This document shows positions 13,485 through 27,420 of a stretch of DNA of 64,000 bases, in pieces. Location: assembly GCF_006345805.1 (NCBI RefSeq), contig NC_043026.1:7564001-7628000 (forward strand), given 5' to 3'. Each line of letters begins with the position of its first letter. The first letter of the stretch is position 1. A program made the translations under genes and the position numbers. The notes beneath the pieces were generated by a model. It saw nothing but the letters and a program-made list of their open reading frames with translations. It did no database searches and had not been told where the DNA came from. This stretch comes from Octopus sinensis (Eukaryota).

Positions 13485-13795
13485 TAGCTCAATAGTTAGA
13501 GTGTGTGGCTCACTAACATGAGGTACGGAGTTCGATTCCTGGATCGGGATGTGTGTTGTGTTCTTGAGCAAGACACTTTATTTTCACATTGCTCCAGTTC
13601 ACTCAGCTGTAGAAATGAATTGCAATGTCACTGGTGCCAAGCTATACCAGCCCCTTTTGCCTTTCCCTTGGATAACATCAGTGGCATGGAGAGGTGGGGC
13701 TTGTATGCATGGGTGATTGCTGTCTTCCATAAACAACCCTGCCTGGACTTGTGCCTGGAAGGGGAACTTTCTAGGTGCAATGCAATGGCCATTGT
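13485..13795 (+). mobile_element. tRNA-derived SINE (family E here)
   Basis: TAGCTCAATAGTTAGAG box A, GAGTTCGATTCC box B, then TTCTTGAGCAAGACACTT core shared with family D heads. Confidence 0.7.
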
Positions 13796-14111
13796 AAAAG
13801 TGGAGCCTTTACGGTATTATACACCCATTATTGCTGATCTTAACAATCAGTTTTGCACTAGGGGTTCAATGGAATGTTAGGTAACAATCTGATTATGCAA
13901 CCTTGCACTCTTCAGAGATGGCAGTTATGAAATGAAATATAGCCCATAGTGTGAAACCGATTGGTAAGACAGGCAGTAATGAGTTCGTTTAATTACTCAT
14001 CCTACTGACAGACACACAAGAGTATTTTTTTCTCACTCGTGGGTTCTTAGATGACTACACACACACACACGCACATGCAGACAGACAGACAGATAGATAG
14101 ACTGTGTCGGT

Positions 14112-14488
14112 GGCACATAAAATCACCCACTACACTCTCGGAGTGGTTGGCGTTAGGAAGGGCATCCAGCTGTAGAAACACTGCCAGATCTGACTGGCCT
14201 GGTGCAGCCTTTGGGCTTGCCAGACCCCAGTTGAACCGTCCAACCCATGCTAGCATGGAAAGCGGACATTAAACGATGATGATGATGATGATGTGATGAT
14301 ATATATATATATCATCATTATCATCGTTTAACGTCCGCTTTCCATGCTAGCATGGGTTGGACGGTTCAACTGGGGTCTGGCAAGCCCAAAGGCTGCACCA
14401 GGCCAGTCAGATCTGGCAGTGTTTCTACAGCTGGATGCCCTTCCTAACGCCAACCACTCCGAGAGTGTAGTGGGTGATTTTATGTGCC
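14112..14488. repeat. Near-perfect palindrome of two tail-to-tail family B copies
   Basis: Arms of about 175 bp are reverse complements with one mismatch seen; ORFs 14047-14256(-) and 14344-14526(+) share an identical 48-aa start. Confidence 0.92.
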
Positions 14489-14925
14489 CCCAGCACAGGG
14501 ACCACAGGAGCTTGTATTGGCCATGATCGGATGGTGCTTTTTATGTGCTACCGGCACGGGGCTCACAACTGCATAGTGCTTTCAAATTTTGGCACAAGGC
14601 CTGCAATTTTGGGGAAGGCAGGAAGTTGATTAGATCGACCCCAGTTTTCGAGTAGAACTTATTTCATCAAGCCCCACAAAAGGATGAAAGGGAAAGTGGA
14701 CTCCAACAACATTTCAGTTCAGAACATGAAGATGGACGAGATGCTGCCAAGTATTTTTATTGGACACCATGATGATTCCATCGGCTGAGTGAGTGTATAT
14801 ATGCATGTATGTTAATTTGATACATAGACAACATCTAGACGTGGAAGTAGATAAATAGAGAGAGACAGAAGGAAATACGTGTGTATGTAAGCGTATGTGC
14901 ATACATGCATATATATATATATATA

Positions 14926-15003
<78 letters not shown>

Positions 15004-15067
15004 TATATTTAGAAATATATAGGTATGTATATAATATTTAGAGATATATATTGTATGTATCATACAT

Positions 15068-15133
<66 letters not shown>

Positions 15134-15320
15134 TATAGATATATATTTTTAAAAACATATATTTATGTACATAATATATATATATGTACATATATAATAT
15201 ATATATATATATATATATGTACATATATTATATATTATATATATGTATATGTATTATATATATATATATATATAATATATATATATGTACATATATATAT
15301 ATATATATATATATGTTATG

Positions 15321-15359
<39 letters not shown>

Positions 15360-15920
15360 AATATATCTATATACATATATATATATGTGGCCAATGAATA
15401 TGTGTATATATATATATATATATATGTAGCACCTTGTATATATATATGTGTGTATATGCCTGTGTATAATTCATTGCTCAGAAGGTCGATGCCTGACTTC
15501 TTTTCGATGTGTGATGTCGGTGGTTGTCGATGCCTTTGTGGCTATCAATGAACTCATTGCAGTACTTTCCAAGAGAGAGAGAGAGAGAGGCGGGGGGGGT
15601 GCAACGGCTTGTGGGAGGGGAGGGGAAGGGGAGGAGGGCCGAGGTGACATCCGTGTCAATGGAGTTATTGGCCAGGCTGAGTCGACAAAAGAATGGAACC
15701 TTTTCTTTAGAAGCATTCTTTTGAAACGGGAGGAAACTTTCTAAGGAAGAGGTCAACACCACCGCCACGGCCACCACCAACACCACCACCATGTATATGT
15801 CTATGTACATATATCTATATATATAATATATATATATATATATACACACATATCTACACATATATGTATGCATACACACACACACACATACACACACATA
15901 TATATATATATATATTATAT

Positions 15921-15966
<46 letters not shown>

Positions 15967-15988
15967 TTATATATATATGTGTGTGTTA

Positions 15989-16034
<46 letters not shown>

Positions 16035-16121
16035 TATATATATACACACATATATATATACACACACACACATTATATAATATATACACACACACCATAT
16101 ATATATATATATATATATAAC

Positions 16122-16155
<34 letters not shown>

Positions 16156-16918
16156 CTATATATATATACATACACATATATATATTATATGTACATATAT
16201 ATACATATACATATGTATGTATATACACCCACATGACTCCTAGACTAGCCTTCTGCGGTTGTCTTAATTACTTGAGCGTGTGAAATCAAGCAGCGATCCT
16301 TTTGTCTAAACTTCATTTTGAGGTAGCAGTGGTGGTGGTCACCATTGATTTATTGGTGGTGTGATCGATTCGCTGACCAATATTGATCACTCTCTATTTT
16401 TGTCTGTACACACACACACACACATATATATATATACAGACACATACGTAAGCAATTGTGTTTGAGTGTAGGTGCAAGTGCGCGCGTGTGTGTATATATA
16501 TATATATATGTATATATATTTCATATGTATATACTTATGTACTATAGCATATATATATATATGTGTGTGTGTATACACATACATGTATGTATTTATTTGT
16601 ATGTGTATGTACCTCATTCTATGTATGTGTGAATACTATGTAAATACATATATACTTATATACACATGCATGCACATATAGGAGAAATATATACATACAC
16701 ACACACACATACACACATACATACATACACACACACACATATATATACACATACATATCAATATGTATATACATCAAACATACACTTATACACACACACA
16801 CATACATACATACACACACACATATACATACATACACACACATATACATACATACACACACACACACATATATACACATACATATCAATATGTATATACA
16901 TCACACATACTTATATAT

Positions 16919-16963
<45 letters not shown>

Positions 16964-17388
16964 TACATATATATACACACACACACACATATATACACAC
17001 ACACACATATATACACACACACATACATATATGTATATATATACACACACACACATACACACACTACAGTCATTTCTATGCATACATGTTAGTGTGTAGA
17101 AGATTGCTTTGTATTGGTTTATAGGTTTATCTTCTCACTGGGTTTTGGACGTTTGATCGTGGCCATGCTGGGGCATCACTTAAAAAGACTTCACTCAATC
17201 ACACTGACTCCAGTCCTTACATCCGTCCAGTATTAACTTTATTGATCTGTAATCTATAATCTATAATTGATCGCTAATTCTACTGTTTTTGTGTATCAGA
17301 CCAAGACTGCCTGCATCGATTGTGAACTGGTACGTACACACACACACACACACACACACACTGTATGCATATACACATACATACAAAC

Positions 17389-17419
<31 letters not shown>

Positions 17420-17520
17420 CTTGGGCGTGTGTGCATATATACATTTATATACACAGCTAAAATATATGTGACTGTATGTCTCTGTACATATATATGTGTG
17501 TGTAAATATATGTGAGCATG

Positions 17521-17552
<32 letters not shown>

Positions 17553-19337
17553 AATATATATATATATACCATATGTGTATATGTTTATCGGCATATACAC
17601 ATATCTGTGTATGTGTATTTAGTTGTGTATATATGAGCATTGCTTGCCTCCCAACCACATGAACCCGGAACCGTAGAGGCTTTGGTTGGCCCAAGGCTAT
17701 AGCAGAAGACACTTGCCCAAGGTGCCACGCAGTGAGACTGAACCCAGAACCATGTGGTTGGTAAGCAAGCTACTTACCACACAGCCACTCCTATATTATA
17801 TATATATATCAAAAAAGATTTTCAAAAGTAAAGTGTGAGGTTTTGTGTATCCTGTTTGGTGTTAGAAATTAGTTTATAAAAATGTATTCAAATGAATTGA
17901 TAAAGTCTTTGACAATAAGAAAAGGTTTGAGGCTTTGGCTCTCCTCTGATGAATCAAAAGAATAGTTTACATAAAAACAATCAGGTCAGGTAAGAATTTT
18001 TTTTTTTATAATGATAAGAAGAAAAAATTAGTTTCCATGACTAATATTTGGATCAAATAATTAAGTCTTGGACAAGAAGATCAAATGTGTGTGTCCTCTC
18101 TAATGAGCCAAAACATCGTTTACATACGTAAATTATTTCTTGACTTATCACCAGAGGATAAACAAAATATTTGGCAACCCCACTAGTGCTGGTGGCACAA
18201 AGAAATAAATTTCTATTGTAGTGTTGTAGAAGGGGCGGTGGTAGCGGCAGTGGTGATGGCAGTAGTAGTAGTAGTAGAAGTAGTAGTAGTAGTAATAGTA
18301 TAAGTAGTTGTAGTGGTGGTGATGGTTGTGGTAGTTGTTGTGATGATAATGATAATATTGTTGTTGTTGGTGGTTGTAGTGGTGACGCCAACGACAATTA
18401 CGACATCATGTATCTTGGACTACATTCTTCTAATGTATTTCGAAATTGCCATTGTTGTTCAGTTCTTGTCAATCAACCGTTCATTCAAGCAATACATTCC
18501 TGAACGGAAATCCAACCACGACCACCTCATGCCAGTCTAACTTTCAAAAATCCAATTGCACTGAACAACATTTCGCAACGAATTCCATTTTATATTCCCC
18601 ACCTCACCATTTTATATTCCCCACCCCACCCCGTCGTTTTAAAATTAAAATCCGAAGTAACAGGGAGTCATTTCGGAGGGTGGGGTTGGGTGGGGTAGAA
18701 ATTCTGTCGTTAATTCTTCCAGCTCAAGCAGCCAACCATGCCCTCCACACTTCTTCCTCTCTCGTTGCGCCATGGATGGAGCAGGGGCAGTGTTTTTTAG
18801 ATGTTTAATTCTCACTCTACATGTGTTTATTTCGTTTGGTTCCACCACCCCTCCCCCACCCACCCTTCCGCCACCCGATTTGGGGTGATATTATTATCCA
18901 AGACACAGAATTTGTTATGAATTTCAGGTTGGAAAACATCAAGAGGCAAACAAGCGAGACGAACGTGTCGGGTTTCGGGGGCCCCGAGAGGGTTCCGTTC
19001 ACTTCGGCGCTGATGTATTAACAACTTCTGGAGAGGGTGTTAACCTAAATATGACGACCGTTTAAAGATTTAACGAAATTGTAAACGGGTATTTTGTTTC
19101 GAAACCCCGGGTAGGTACAGACGGGGGAAGTGGGGTGGGGTGAGGGTGGAAAGCCGGGGTGCATGCCAAAGTTTTGCACAGTACTTGTACAAAGCTGTGT
19201 GATGTGTGTGTATGTGTGTGCTTGTAATACAGGTATAAATGTCAATGTGCACATGCTAATATATATGCATGTTTGTGTATATAAAGTATATATCAAAGCT
19301 ATAAATACATACACACACACACACACGTGCACATACA

Positions 19338-19718
19338 TCGTGGCACTCCGTTGGTTGCGACATCAAGGGGCCCCAGTTGACCCGATCAATGGAAGAGCCT
19401 GCTTGTGAAATTAACGCGCAAGTGGCTGAGTATTCCACAGACACATGTACCCTTAACGTAGTTCTCAGGGAGATTCAGCATGACACGGAATGTGACAAGG
19501 CTGGCCACTTGTGACTTACAGGTACAACAGAAACAGGAAGAAAGAGTGAGAGAAAATTGTGGTGAAAGAGTAGAGCAGGGATCACCACCATCCCCTGTCG
19601 GAGCCTCGTGTAGCTTTAGGTGTTTTCGCTCAATAAACACTCACAATGCCTGGTCTGCAAATCAAAACAGTGATCCTATGACTGCAAGTCCGCTGCCCTA
19701 ACCACTGGGCCATTGTGC

Positions 19719-19722
<4 letters not shown>
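19338..19722 (-). mobile_element. tRNA-derived SINE, family D here
   Basis: Minus-strand head GGCCCAGTGGTTAGGGCAGCGGACT; core GTGGCTGAGTA.TCCACAGACAC.TGTACCCTTAACGTAGTTCTC shared with 28785 and 38678. Confidence 0.8.
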
Positions 19723-19758
<36 letters not shown>

Positions 19759-20334
19759 GTATTATATTAAATTAGAGATAAAACCACTATTAGGCAAATC
19801 ATACAATGAAAAACTTAAGCCAATACATAAGATTATTTAATTTATATTATTTAAATATATAACAAAATTATTCAAAAAGATAATTAGTATAACACTACGA
19901 TTGTTTCATGGCTGTTCAATTCTTAAAATTTCGAGTTACAGTCATTCTTCAGGTGATTGAAATATTTAACATGGTGAGGTTTAACACACACACATATATA
20001 TATATATATACACACATACAGACACACACATATATATGTATATATGTATATATGCATATATACATATATATATATTATATATACATATACATATATTATA
20101 TATACATATATATATTATAATACATATATATATTATATATACATATATATATATATATATATACATATATATTATATAAATATATATATATATATATACA
20201 TATTTATAAATGCATATATATATATATAATATATATTATAATATATACATACATATACAGATAGATATGGATATATATGTGTGTGTATATATACACGCAC
20301 ACACACATACATGAATAAAGCACATATTCTTCTT

Positions 20335-20553
20335 TTCTTTTATTCTTTTACTTGTTTCAGGCATTCGACTGTGGCCGTGCTGGAGCACTCTCTAGAAGCG
20401 TTTTAGGCGAATGAAACGACCCCGTTGCTTATTTGTATATACTTTTTTGAAGCCTGGTGCTAGTTCTATCAATTCTGTTTATCGAACCACTAAGTTACAC
20501 GAACATAAACGCACCAACACTGGTTGTCAAGCAACGGTGGTGGGGACAAGCAC

Positions 20554-20593
<40 letters not shown>

Positions 20594-20755
20594 TACATAT
20601 ACATATATAATATATATACATATATATATAAATATATATATATATACATATATAAATATATATATGTATATAAATATATATATACATATATAAATATATA
20701 TACAACAGGCTTCTTTCTGTTTCCGTCTGCTAAATCCACTCACAAGGCTTTAGGC
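20335..20755 (-). mobile_element. SINE family A (head truncated)
   Basis: Reverse complement of the family A tail and middle. Confidence 0.75.
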
Positions 20756-21216
20756 TTTAAATACATACTCACACACTCACACACACACCACACACACACG
20801 CACAATTGTTTTGAAAGCATTCAAGGGGATCTCTTTCCAGCAGCATCTACCCCTGTCCTCTACCCTCCTGTTAATGTACCCGGGTTTTAAGGGTATTACT
20901 GAACACAAGGATATATAAACATGTGTATACAAACGTGTGTGTGTGTGTATGAGTGTGTATGTATATGTGTGTGTATACATGTCTATATTTCTATATTTAT
21001 GTCTTTTTTTTACATTTCCAGCATGCGTGTAAGTTAACTAAATACACACACATACACACATATATACATACATGTATAATGATATACATACGTGTATATA
21101 TACATATATGCATATATACACATGTATATAAATATATATATAGAAATATATATATACATATATACATATACATATATACATATATATATATACATACATA
21201 TACATATATACATACA

Positions 21217-21262
<46 letters not shown>

Positions 21263-22074
21263 TACATATATATATACATATGTATGTGTGTGTGTATATA
21301 TATATATATATGTATATATATACATGCATATATATATGTACACAAACACACACACACATATATGCATACATACACACACATATAGATACTCGACATGTAT
21401 GTATGTATATATGCACATTTGTACATATACATATGTACAAACTTAAATATGTGTGTGTATATATTAATTCGTGTTAGTGTGTATATGTTGCCGTCATTTC
21501 TGCGATAATTTCCCTGGCTTTTTGCAGTGAAGTTATTTTAATCAGATATTCAGATAAGAATCGGTAACTATATACGAAGCAAATATATATATATACACAC
21601 ATACGCACATACAGACGTCTGCGTGTGTATTTATGTATGTGTATATATATATGTTATATATATATGTATGTGTGTGTGTACATACACAGTCAGTACGTAG
21701 ACCACTGTAGAGATATTCTTAACATTTAATGACACAAAAACTCGTTTATTTATTTACTCAAAGTATTTCTTTCTTCAAAGTTAATGTCTACCCTCGTACT
21801 TTTCTGACCTGGTCACTGACACACTTGCAGTCAGTGTGTATATGTGTGTGTGTATATGTGTGTGTGTGTATATGTGTGTGTGTGTATATACATACATACA
21901 TACATGCACACAGACATACACACACACACATAGCACCATCATCATATATATATATATATATATTTATACAACACATAGATACATATGTATATATATACAC
22001 ACATACACAAAACACAACACATATGTATATATATATATAATTATATATTAATATATATTTATATATATACACAT

Positions 22075-22380
22075 TATCGTTGTCATCATCATCGTTTAAC
22101 ATCTGCTTTCCATGCTGGCATGGGTTGGATGGTTTGACGTGAGAACTGACAAGCTAGAAGGCTGCATCAGGCTCCAGTCTGATTTGACATGGTTTTCTAC
22201 AGCTGGATGCCCTTCCTAATGCCAACCACTCGAAGAGTGTAGTGGGCGCTTTTATGTGCCATGGGCACGATGGCCAGTCAGGCGGCACTGGCAATGGTCA
22301 TGCTCAAATGGTGCACTGGCAACGACCTTGCTCGAATGATTTCTCATGTGCCACCAGCACAAGTGCCACTAAGGCAACAC
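22075..22380 (-). mobile_element. RTE 3'-UTR insertion (family B)
   Basis: Homologous to 12521-12940; other copies at about 1409, 2983, 23590 and 25780. Confidence 0.8.
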
Positions 22381-22774
22381 AACGAAAAGAAAATGGAGTG
22401 TAGGAAGTTAATAATTGTCTATTATTAACAACAAATTGGTCTTCTTCACTTTGTTGTTAATAATAAACACTTATTAACTTTCTAATCTCCATTTTCCTTT
22501 CTTCTTTTAAATGAATATAAATTATATTCTTAATATATATTCCTTTTGTTTTAAGGGAATTTCATCCCCGCAAAAATGCAAATTATTGAACCAGTATTTC
22601 CTTGGATACAACCATCCCTTCATGAAGTTAACATATCTTCTAATCAAATTTATATATATATATATATATATAAATTTAAATAATGAGGGAGATAAATTGA
22701 ATATTAATTTAATTAATATCAATTTAAAACCAGTAGCCAAGCATATTTTCTGATTTTTCTGATTTTTCAGATAT

Positions 22775-22990
22775 GTTAAGTTAAAGTTAAGTTAATATTT
22801 TGGCTCAAAAAGCAAAAAGCAAGGCCATGCAGGGGGACATGGAGTTATGTACAGGGTGGTGTTCATGCAAAGAGTTCAGGCCATTTGTGATCAAGGGAGA
22901 CTTTGAACCGAGCGGTCGTCGGCATCTTCACTATCTCGTCCGGCAGCTTATTCCACGGAACTGCAACCCGGACAGAGAAAACCCCTCTCC
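22775..22990 (-). mobile_element. 3' end of a CR1/L2-type LINE
   Basis: Minus frame RGVFSVRVAVPWNKLPDEIVKMPTTARFKVSLDHKWPELFA* (stop 22863-22865), short UTR, (TAACT)n-like tail. Confidence 0.8.
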
Positions 22991-23310
22991 TTCATATATA
23001 TATATAGCTATAAAGAATAGCTATAAAGAACAGCTGGTAAAAGCTAAGAAAGAGTCAAAGGGTGTCCATGGTTCTTGAACCCTCATCTTCTGTAATCACG
23101 ACAGGCTTTCTACCATTGGACCAAAGCAATCCTTTGAATTTCTCTCTCCACTTTAGACATTTTATTCTTAGCACCGACAATTGTATGCTGTTGATGTCAT
23201 AACAAGTTTTCAATGAACTTTCAAGAAAACGTGATTTAATTGTTATGTGGAATATAATAAAGCAAACACATTGAACTATAAATAACAGCAAGTAAATATG
23301 AGGTCCAAAA

Positions 23311-23378
23311 TTGCTTTGGTCTGATGGTAGAACATCTCTCATGTCTACAAGAGATGTAGGTTTCAGTCCCACAGCTGA
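23311..23378 (+). pseudogene. tRNA-like relic or isolated SINE head
   Basis: TGGTCTGATGG (box A-like), CATCTCT/AGAGATG stem, GGTTTCAGTCC (box B-like); no proper acceptor stem or 7-nt anticodon loop. Confidence 0.35.
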
Positions 23379-24307
23379 TGTCTGATTTTCCTTTCCAAAA
23401 TGCTTTCCCAGCCCAACATTCCAATGCTGTTATTTATCACATTTTGTGGTGCTTTGAGATATTTCAGGACAGAATTATTTCTTGTTCTCTTACAAGTTTA
23501 TATAAGAATTCTTACGGCCATCACTCCTCTTATCCAGGGGTCTTTCTTATGCAGTGTTACTTGGTGATATCTCCAGTGCTCTGGGGGGGGGGACATAAAA
23601 AACAACTAGTAAACTCTGTAAAGTGGTGGGCATCAGGAAGGACATCTAGCTGTAGAAACCATGTCAAATGAGACAGCAGAGTCTGGTACAGCCATGTGGT
23701 GAGCCAGTTCCAGTGAAAACCGTTCCATCCATGCCAGCATGGAAAATGGATGTTAATTGATGATGAAGATGATGTTATATGTGTGTGTGTGTGTACATAC
23801 GTGCATTTGTGTATATAGATGTATATACACATATACGCACAAGCAGACATGTATACAAATGCAAACACACACACACACACATGAATGGACACGTACACAT
23901 ACATATGTACATATACATATATATGCATTCATGCAGACACATACATATATACATACATACACAAACACAATTACATGTGTATATATATATATATATATAT
24001 AATGTGTGTGTGTGTGTGTGATAATAATGAGATTAGCCTCAATCAAAAAGGAAATCTTTAAGACATGGAATTTGTAATGCAGTTATAACTCAATAAAGAA
24101 ATTCTTTACAGAAGACACGTCCGTACACACACACACACACACACGTACGCACACACACACGTATAGATACTTATGTGAGTGGGGGTGGGGGTGGATAATT
24201 CATTTGTAAAATCTATCAAAGAGCTCTTTGATAAACTTTATCAAATGAAGCATTTATGGGTCTGTAGATATGTTACATATATATATAAATATATATAAAT
24301 ATATATA

Positions 24308-24370
<63 letters not shown>

Positions 24371-24495
24371 ATTTATATTATATATGTATACACACACACA
24401 TATATATACATACATACATATATATATATATATATTATATATATATGTATACACACCCCACACACACACATATATATACAGACAATATATGTATA

Positions 24496-24566
<71 letters not shown>

Positions 24567-25124
24567 CACACACACATATACATATACACACACACACACA
24601 TATATATATATACATGGTAGGGTATTGAACTAAGATACTTTAGTTATCCACACATTTATACACATATAAATGGACATATATCTGCATAGTCACACACACA
24701 CACACACACATTCATGCATATATATAAGTAGACAGTGACACACACAATCTGACTGCCGACCGTTGCAAAGAAGCAAGACAGACAAACTCCATGTCAGAGT
24801 GGTGTTGGGGGTGGTGGTCATGGCTGGGTCCCTCTGTGTAATAATCTCTCTCTGCTTCTTTTGGTCATTATAGTTCCATTAAATTTCCTTCTTACTCCTC
24901 CTCTCCCTGCTCTCCTGGTGACCCCCTCCCCTCGACTGACACCCAGACCCCTCTTCTGCTGCTCCTCCTGTTAGATTCCACTCAAAGAAACTTGAGTGGA
25001 ATGGAAACAAAGAAACCACCACAATATCTTGTCTTTTGCCTTTTGCTTGTTTCACACCATGAGACTGTGGCCATGCTGGGGCACTGCCTTGAAGAGATTT
25101 TAATCATACACACATTTATGCATT

Positions 25125-25525
25125 TAGGCTCAGGAGTGGCTGTGTGGTAAGTAGCTTGTTTACCGACCACATGGTTCCGGGTTCAGTCCCACTGCGTGGC
25201 ACCTTGGGCAAGTGTCATCTACTATAGCATCGGGTCGACTAGAACCTTGTGAGTGGATTTGGTAGACGGAAACTGAAAGAAGCCCGTCGTATATATGTAT
25301 ATATATATGTGTGTGTGTGTGTTTGTCCCCCTAGCATTGCTTGACAACCGATGCTGGTGTGTTTACGTCCCCGTCACTTAGCGATTCGGCAAAAGAGACC
25401 GGTAGAATAAGTACTGGGCTTACAAAAGAATAAGTCCCGGGGTCGATTTGCTCGATTAAAGGCGGTGCTCCAGCGTGACCGCAGTCAAATGACTGAAACA
25501 AGAAAAAGAAAGAGAAAGAGAGTAT
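25125..25525 (+). mobile_element. SINE family A, full length
   Basis: Matches the consensus. Confidence 0.9.
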
Positions 25526-25779
25526 ATAAATGGATAAATATCTCCATAGGCACACACCCCCACACACATCCATGCATATATTATAAGGGATTTTAGTCGA
25601 ACAAAGGGGCAGGCATGGCTGTGTGGTAAGAAGCTTGCTTCCCAACAAGATGGTTTTCGTGAGTTTCTTAAAATGGCTTATAAACTCCTTCTACGCTGCA
25701 ATTGTATTCGTTCCAGCACACGATCTCAGATCAGGTCACTTGCTATGCAAGTACACCTCCATAGTAAATCAATAAATAT

Positions 25780-26070
25780 TGAGCCAGCGCCACCTTGGCT
25801 GGCTTCCATGCCGGTGGCACGTTAAAAGCACCAACCGATCGTGGCCGATGCCAGACCCCCCCCCCTGGCACCTGTGCAGGTGGCACGTAAAAAGCACCCA
25901 CTACACTCGCGGAGTGGTTGGCGTTAGGAAGGGCATCCAGCTGTAGAAACACTGCCAGATCAGACTGGGGCCTGGTGCAGCCCTGGCTTCCCAGACTCCG
26001 GTCGAACCTTCCAACCCGTGCTAGCACGGAAAACGGACGTTAAACGATGATGATGATGATGATGATGATG
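25780..26070 (+). mobile_element. RTE 3'-UTR insertion (family B), 75 bp into the intron after the TIKI exon
   Basis: Homologous to 4250-4475 with a (GAT)n tail. Confidence 0.85.
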
Positions 26071-26146
26071 TAAAAGACTCCCTGAAAAGGAAGAAGGGTC
26101 ACCTGACAATGATAACAAGTTATTTCGTTGACAAAATATGACTTAC

Positions 26147-26707
26147 CTGAGAAAAATTAAGCTCGTTAAGTGGCACACACTGTTCTTCAACTTTCTCCAC
26201 GGCACCATTGATTTTATTGAGTCGTTCGGCTTCCTGTGCCAGGTACAGATCCAAGACAGGCACACCCCGGGCCTTGATATCACTCTCAGTCAAAGAGTTC
26301 ACCATAAGCATTATCCAAACGGGTCTCTTTCGTTCCCAGTTGCCCGCAATGGCATTGAATAAATAATCCGCGTAGAGGCCCCGGCCCTTCTGGTCGTCCG
26401 TCAGCCATTCGGGCATCATAAACTTGATGTAATCCAAATGCTTTTTCAGTCTTTGGTAAATATCTCGGGGCAGAACATTGGAAAGGTTCTCCCCGTGGGG
26501 CAGCAGTTGGCATTTTGCTAGGGCTGAAATTGTGTAGGGATCAGTAAGGTCCAGTTCGAAGAAGACATAGTCTGCCTGTTTGAATGCCTTTTTTGTGTTG
26601 TCGGGAATGAAGTCCCAGACTTTGGTGTAAGGAACATGGATGGTTCCGAATAAATAGGATGGGGTGTCACCTTGCAAGCGCCACAGGAAAGAGTTCAGTT
26701 TACTCGG
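26147..26707 (-). CDS. TRABD2: Internal exon (561 bp, phase 0/0) of TIKI/TRABD2 TraB-family metalloprotease
   Basis: Acceptor TTCTGTTTAACAG|CCG, donor CAG|GTAAGT. Translates [35 protein letters not shown]...[14 protein letters not shown]...[52 protein letters not shown]...[19 protein letters not shown], motifs recognisable from vertebrate TIKI1/TIKI2. Confidence 0.96.
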
Positions 26708-27199
26708 CTGTTAAACAGAAGAAGAGAGAAAACGAAAGGAATTTTTTTTCTTCAAAACAAAAATTTTACAAACGAAAAGTAAAAAGAAAAAAATATATCA
26801 AGTACCCTCCCTCCCTCTCCCTCTCCCCTCTCTCTCTCTCTCTCACTCTCTCTCACACACAAGTATAAACGAGCTCACACACACACACAAAGGTATATTT
26901 ATAAATGTCTCAACGCAATGCCCCAGCATGGCCACAGTCTAGGGACTGAAACAAGTATAAGTGTGAAAGAAGGAAGAGAGGAAGAGAGACAGTGACAGAG
27001 ACAGGCAAGCAATGAGAGTAAGAGGAGGGGAGAAAGAAAGAAAGAAAGAAAGGCAAAGATGGAGAGAGAGAGAGAGAGGAAAAGAAATCCTGGACAAAGT
27101 CCTATGAATGCAAAATAAGAAAGGAACTCCAACCAACGATGCAAATCTGTCTTTTCAAGCTGTGGCTTCTTGTTTGCCCAAATGTAGAAGTGTGTTTAA

Positions 27200-27420
27200 C
27201 CCTTTCGTTACCAACCTGACTGAAACCACTTCTGGTTCTGTTGTACAAATGTCTTGTTTTCACAAATTCTGAATTAAAATCTTCCACCAAACCTTAGTCA
27301 CAATTTATGTTCTTAACACTAGCTTAACGATAACAAAGTTATTTTACTAAATTCTTTCTTATATTTAAAGTAACTGAAAGAAACACAGAGCATCTTAAAA
27401 TAAATACAGTAACGAAAGGG
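27200..27420. mobile_element. piggyBac-type MITE
   Basis: 12-bp TIRs CCCTTTCGTTAC / GTAACGAAAGGG flanked by TTAA on both sides (27196-27199, 27421-27424). Confidence 0.88.

Noticed and set aside
15471-15750. Two open minus frames after a TTCCTTAG acceptor
   Set aside because: Both frames are open because of C/T-rich low complexity; no TIKI similarity and no donor.
24975-25002. Perfect 11-bp hairpin ATTCCACTCAA/TTGAGTGGAAT
   Set aside because: Too short for a miRNA precursor or MITE; plausible by chance in 64 kb.
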